A stretch of DNA of 64,000 nt from Dicyema japonicum (lineage: Eukaryota; Animalia; Dicyemida). The position numbers were made by a program, and so were the translations under genes. Below, piece after piece: positions 60,243-64,000 of this stretch. How positions within the stretch are numbered: the stretch's first letter is position 1; each line of letters starts with the position of its first letter. Under the pieces are notes generated by a model. It made no database searches, had not been told where the DNA came from, and saw only the letters and a program-made list of their open reading frames with translations. The stretch spans positions 547,281 through 611,280 of the forward strand of contig RDEW01000036.1 of assembly GCA_011109175.1 (NCBI GenBank), in the 5' to 3' direction.

Positions 60243-62730
60243 TGACTGTGCAGTTGATATGCCATCTGTTTGGTGTTTTGACTGTTTCTTCATCATGACC
60301 TCGAGCATATCAATCATCATGACCTCGATGAACTAAGAGATCTTGCGAAACGGAGATACTGGGTTGTCGAGAATGAATGGAACGGAATCTATGCACAATC
60401 AGGTACACTGATGTTTTACTGTCAAGGACAAAAGTAGTCGAATCAATCCATTTTCAGAGATATGGAATACTTGGATATTCTAATCCTGCAGTTTTGTGCT
60501 TCTATTTTACCCCCGATGACTTTCTCTGCATATTACTTGATAAACTTAGTGTGAATTGATTTCTCTGGTTCGCTTCGCATAAACAATTTCAGTCCTGAAA
60601 ATTACGACGTAGAAAGCGGGGGCAACAGAGGATGGAATACGCCTCTTCTTTTTGGATATACTGATTAAAATTCAGCGTAAATTTGTGTAATTCAAATCCC
60701 AGTAGATCGCTAGGTTGGTTTGTCTGAAGTGACAGAGCATATGAAATTGTGAATGGTATTGCAGTTAATATATCACTTTACAGCAACATTGTCAACCGTT
60801 TTCAGGTCTCACGTCTTTATGATCTTATAGACTTTTAGAAACGTTAAAGAAGCCAATATTGAGGACGTTTTGTACGAAGTCGCCAATCTTTGGTTTGGAT
60901 ATTCTTTATTCTCAGCAACAAGGACTAACAACAGAAGCACTATGAATTGAAAGATGAATACTGGGAGTTTTTTAATCCACCAAAAGATTCCAAAATTTCG
61001 CGGAGTGTTCGCTAATCTGAGAAAATTTGAATTGTCTGTCGTTTGTAGCAGTCGTTAAGCAGGAGATTGAATTGTTGAAAACCTGTGCTGGACTCTGACG
61101 TGTTTGATTAAAAAAGTAAGCTAAAAATGACAAGTAGCTCATCGGGCTCAGTCTGAAAGACAACGAGACTACTCTTTCAGACTGAAACTTTTCAGAAATG
61201 CTTGTTTTGTTGCATCCAATATCAGAATATGTGGTGAATTTGGACAAAGTAGTCTCACCGCTTTACTCTTACATTATAAATGTGCTCAAAGTTCTTAATT
61301 TTGCAGAAATTGAAGAAACTAGCTAATATCACCAGGTGCTGTCTGAATGACACATACGCCATAGTCGATAGAAATAAAAGCAAGAGACTAATGATTGAGA
61401 GAGAGTATGCCAGATGGAAATGCAGGTCATCAAAAACCGTCAAGAAAATGCCTTGGAAAACTTAAAAAACAGCTAAATGAGTATTGGTCTTCACTAAAGG
61501 TTAATAATAAACTTCGGAGGAACAAATCGTGAGAATGTGAAAATAATATGTGTTGTCTGCAAAAACATCTGTCACCTTACGATTTTAGCCTCGGAACGAT
61601 ATGTGATTATGCCAGTATTCATCCAAAAGTTGGTTAAGGGATATGAGAACTCGCAGGTCACACGTGGGCTCATCAAAGACTGGAGTATAAATTTAGTCAG
61701 TGGAGTGTGTTTATGGAATGGGATTTGCCAGTGGGGGTTCATTAATCTAAGTGTGGTCACGTTCTTCATCTTGACTTCTTTAATCTATATTACTTGTCCA
61801 ATGATCTAAGTACATCAAAATTTCAAATGTCCCCTCTGTAGTCGACCTTTAATGGCGGTTATTTCAGTCCTTCTGTATTATCTTACTCATTTGTCGACAG
61901 GGTGAATATTACTTTTCACAAATAGGTTCGAGTATGACACAAATCTGGGATTTCTAGATTTTGAATCTAATCAGGATAAATTCATGCACTCTGTAGTCGA
62001 ATTTGAAGGTCACGTGGGGTATATGTTTCCCATAAATGTCGAGAAAGCTTGAGAAATTCAATTAGCAGTCTGTGGTGTTAATATTGCGTAGTTTAGCTTT
62101 TTCTAAAAAATGATGAATATTAAAGAGATCTTCGATAATATCATCAATGTAAGCAATCGATAGTGAAAATAGATTAACAATACACAATCTAATAAGCAGG
62201 TTCGTGAGAGCTAATGGAAAAACAGACGATCGCCTATCAAAACGATGCTTTTTTCAGAATACTTGCTGTCCTTGGACGTGCAGATCATTGTTCTGATTAA
62301 GGAGTAGCAATTTTTGTCATGCGGTCTCCCTTCTGATATTCTCAATTAAAACCAAATCGGTAATCATCAATTAAGTACTGTAAATGTATCACTCCCCTTT
62401 GTTAGAAGATTAAACTGTCGACTTATCCTTATTTCTCTCACAAAAGAGTTGTCGTCTTTCCACTTAAAGCATCCAAAAAGATATTACCAGACCACCACAT
62501 GCCAGTATCATAAATTTGAATAACCATTCAAAATTTTATTGCGAAATCTGCTTATGGCCATCATTGTTCTCTGAAATCACAAGAGCGAAATGAGATTGAA
62601 GCTTCCAAACGCTCGAAAAGGAAATTATTGGAAGCATGAATAGAATCATACTTTGTCACATGGGGGCAACCTGTTTTTTTACGTGTTTCCAATGTAACAA
62701 GATATCAATTGCTAGATTTAACAAAGAAAA
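60243..62730 (+). CDS. UBR1/2/3-family N-recognin E3 ligase, shortened (bounds approximate, several indels)
   Basis: UBR-box part DCAVDMPSVWCFDCF (60244-60288); DILILQFCASIL (60474-60509); YELKDEYW (60941-60964); RING-H2 CVVCK...CGHVLH (61752)...CPLC (61828-61839). Confidence 0.75.
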
Positions 62731-62850
62731 AAAACAAAAAATTTATTTAAAATAATAAAAACAATTATTTTTAAGTCTTGACATTAAAACCGATCTTAAG
62801 TCTTAACATAAAAAAAAACCGATCTTCTTCCATAATAAATGAAATAAAAA

Positions 62851-63385
62851 TCAGAAAATTCCTTCTTGATGTTTGACTACATTATCATCTACGAAGTCCA
62901 GGGGACTTCGAAGACTAGCACTATTGAATCCGAAGCCTAGATGACCGTGACATATTATGTGCCCCGGGCCAAAATACTTAGTATTGACCTCAGCTTCGAA
63001 GCCTGAAACGTCGTCCTCATTCCTGAATCCTAGCAACAAGTGGGATTCTCCGCGTTTGATAACTCTTCCTTTGGCATAGGCAGCCAGAGTACCTATGCCG
63101 CACAGGAGCTTAACGACTCCCACGTTCGGCACCTATAACCAACTAGTGTAGTTAGTCCCACTTTAACCAGATTTCAATTTTTCTGTCTTTCCTTTCAAAA
63201 AAAGGCTAAATTAAATCAGAATTAAACTTACCGTTTTAAGCGAAAAATGTGATACCTTTTCTCGTACTCTCCTCTCATTTGAGTACTTATATCTTCAATC
63301 GATTCCACAAAGATATGATTAATTTTTTCATATGACAAGATCTCTGATATATCCCTAAATTGAGACAAAAAATCACTAAATCCAT
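62851..63385 (-). CDS. Probable small multi-exon host gene, unidentified
   Basis: Open frames with 22-29-nt GT-AG introns (e.g. gtaagtttaattctgatttaatttag); candidate ATG at 63385. Confidence 0.4.
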
Positions 63386-63516
63386 GATGTTAAAATTAAA
63401 AGAAATCAGGATAGCCATTTAATAAATACAGTTTGTATTAATTTTTTTTTAGAATTAATGAATTAGTTAATTGTTCATAATAGTTACAAAAAATCATATT
63501 ATGTAGTATATCTCTG

Positions 63517-63530
63517 GTTACCATGGAAAC
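63517..63530. promoter_or_regulatory. Canonical RFX X-box
   Basis: GTTACCATGGAAAC, with a partial second site GTTGCCCATGTGAC at 63546-63559. Confidence 0.6.
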
Positions 63531-64000
63531 AGGTAAAAAACAGGTTGCCCATGTGACATATTATCTAACATTATACACTTGCTGTTTCCGACATGATCAT
63601 CCATGTTCACTCAATTTCGGAATAGAAGAGATTCGAGTATAGGACCTACGTCCGACCGATATCTCCGTTCGAAACATCTGTTTTTTATGTCTGTCATCTC
63701 GTCCATATACTAGAGAGAATAAAAAATGCTCTTTCCATAGTGAAAATAAGTAGTCACTCAGTGCGATAAAAATGCTTCTGACTACTTGAATGCCGATTCT
63801 GCCTAACAAAAGAATTTGAAAAAGTACTCAATCTTCGGAGATAGTTTTCGTTTCGTCCCAATCGCCTTCAAAAATAAGGAGTGGTTTAAAAAAAGGAATC
63901 ACTAATGAAACTGGCAATCTCGACTCAGAAAATTGCGTAAACGAGACGGTTTTCTCACCTCCTTGGAATGTTATCCCTATGAGGATTCTGTTGTCTTTGT

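Overview
AT-rich eukaryotic (animal) nuclear scaffold, roughly half of it nested transposon debris: RTE, I/Jockey-like and RLE-type non-LTR elements, several hAT families, Tc1 and pogo remnants, and a tRNA-derived SINE. Between these lie compact host genes whose GT-AG introns are only 21-30 nt (26 introns threaded by hand). Recognisable genes: gelsolin-like, RSPH9, a divergent Pax1/9-like paired-box gene, an Id/Emc-like HLH, endophilin, a PPP1R14/CPI-17-like inhibitor, STK11IP-like and a shortened UBR1/2-like E3 ligase. Standard code, a motile-cilium gene, a bilaterian toolkit and micro-introns best fit a dicyemid-like parasite (inference). Best finding: an SRP (7SL) RNA of about 186 nt, with helices 5, 6 and 8 but no recognisable Alu domain, fused to the 3' part of the SINE and inserted as one unit between 13-bp target-site duplications (1266-1657). 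Also notable: a three-copy family of Thr-rich, signal-peptide plus GPI-like mucins. The assembly shows frequent 1-nt homopolymer indels and a 373-N gap, so frameshifts cannot be read as pseudogenisation. Motif comparisons were made from memory, not from database searches.
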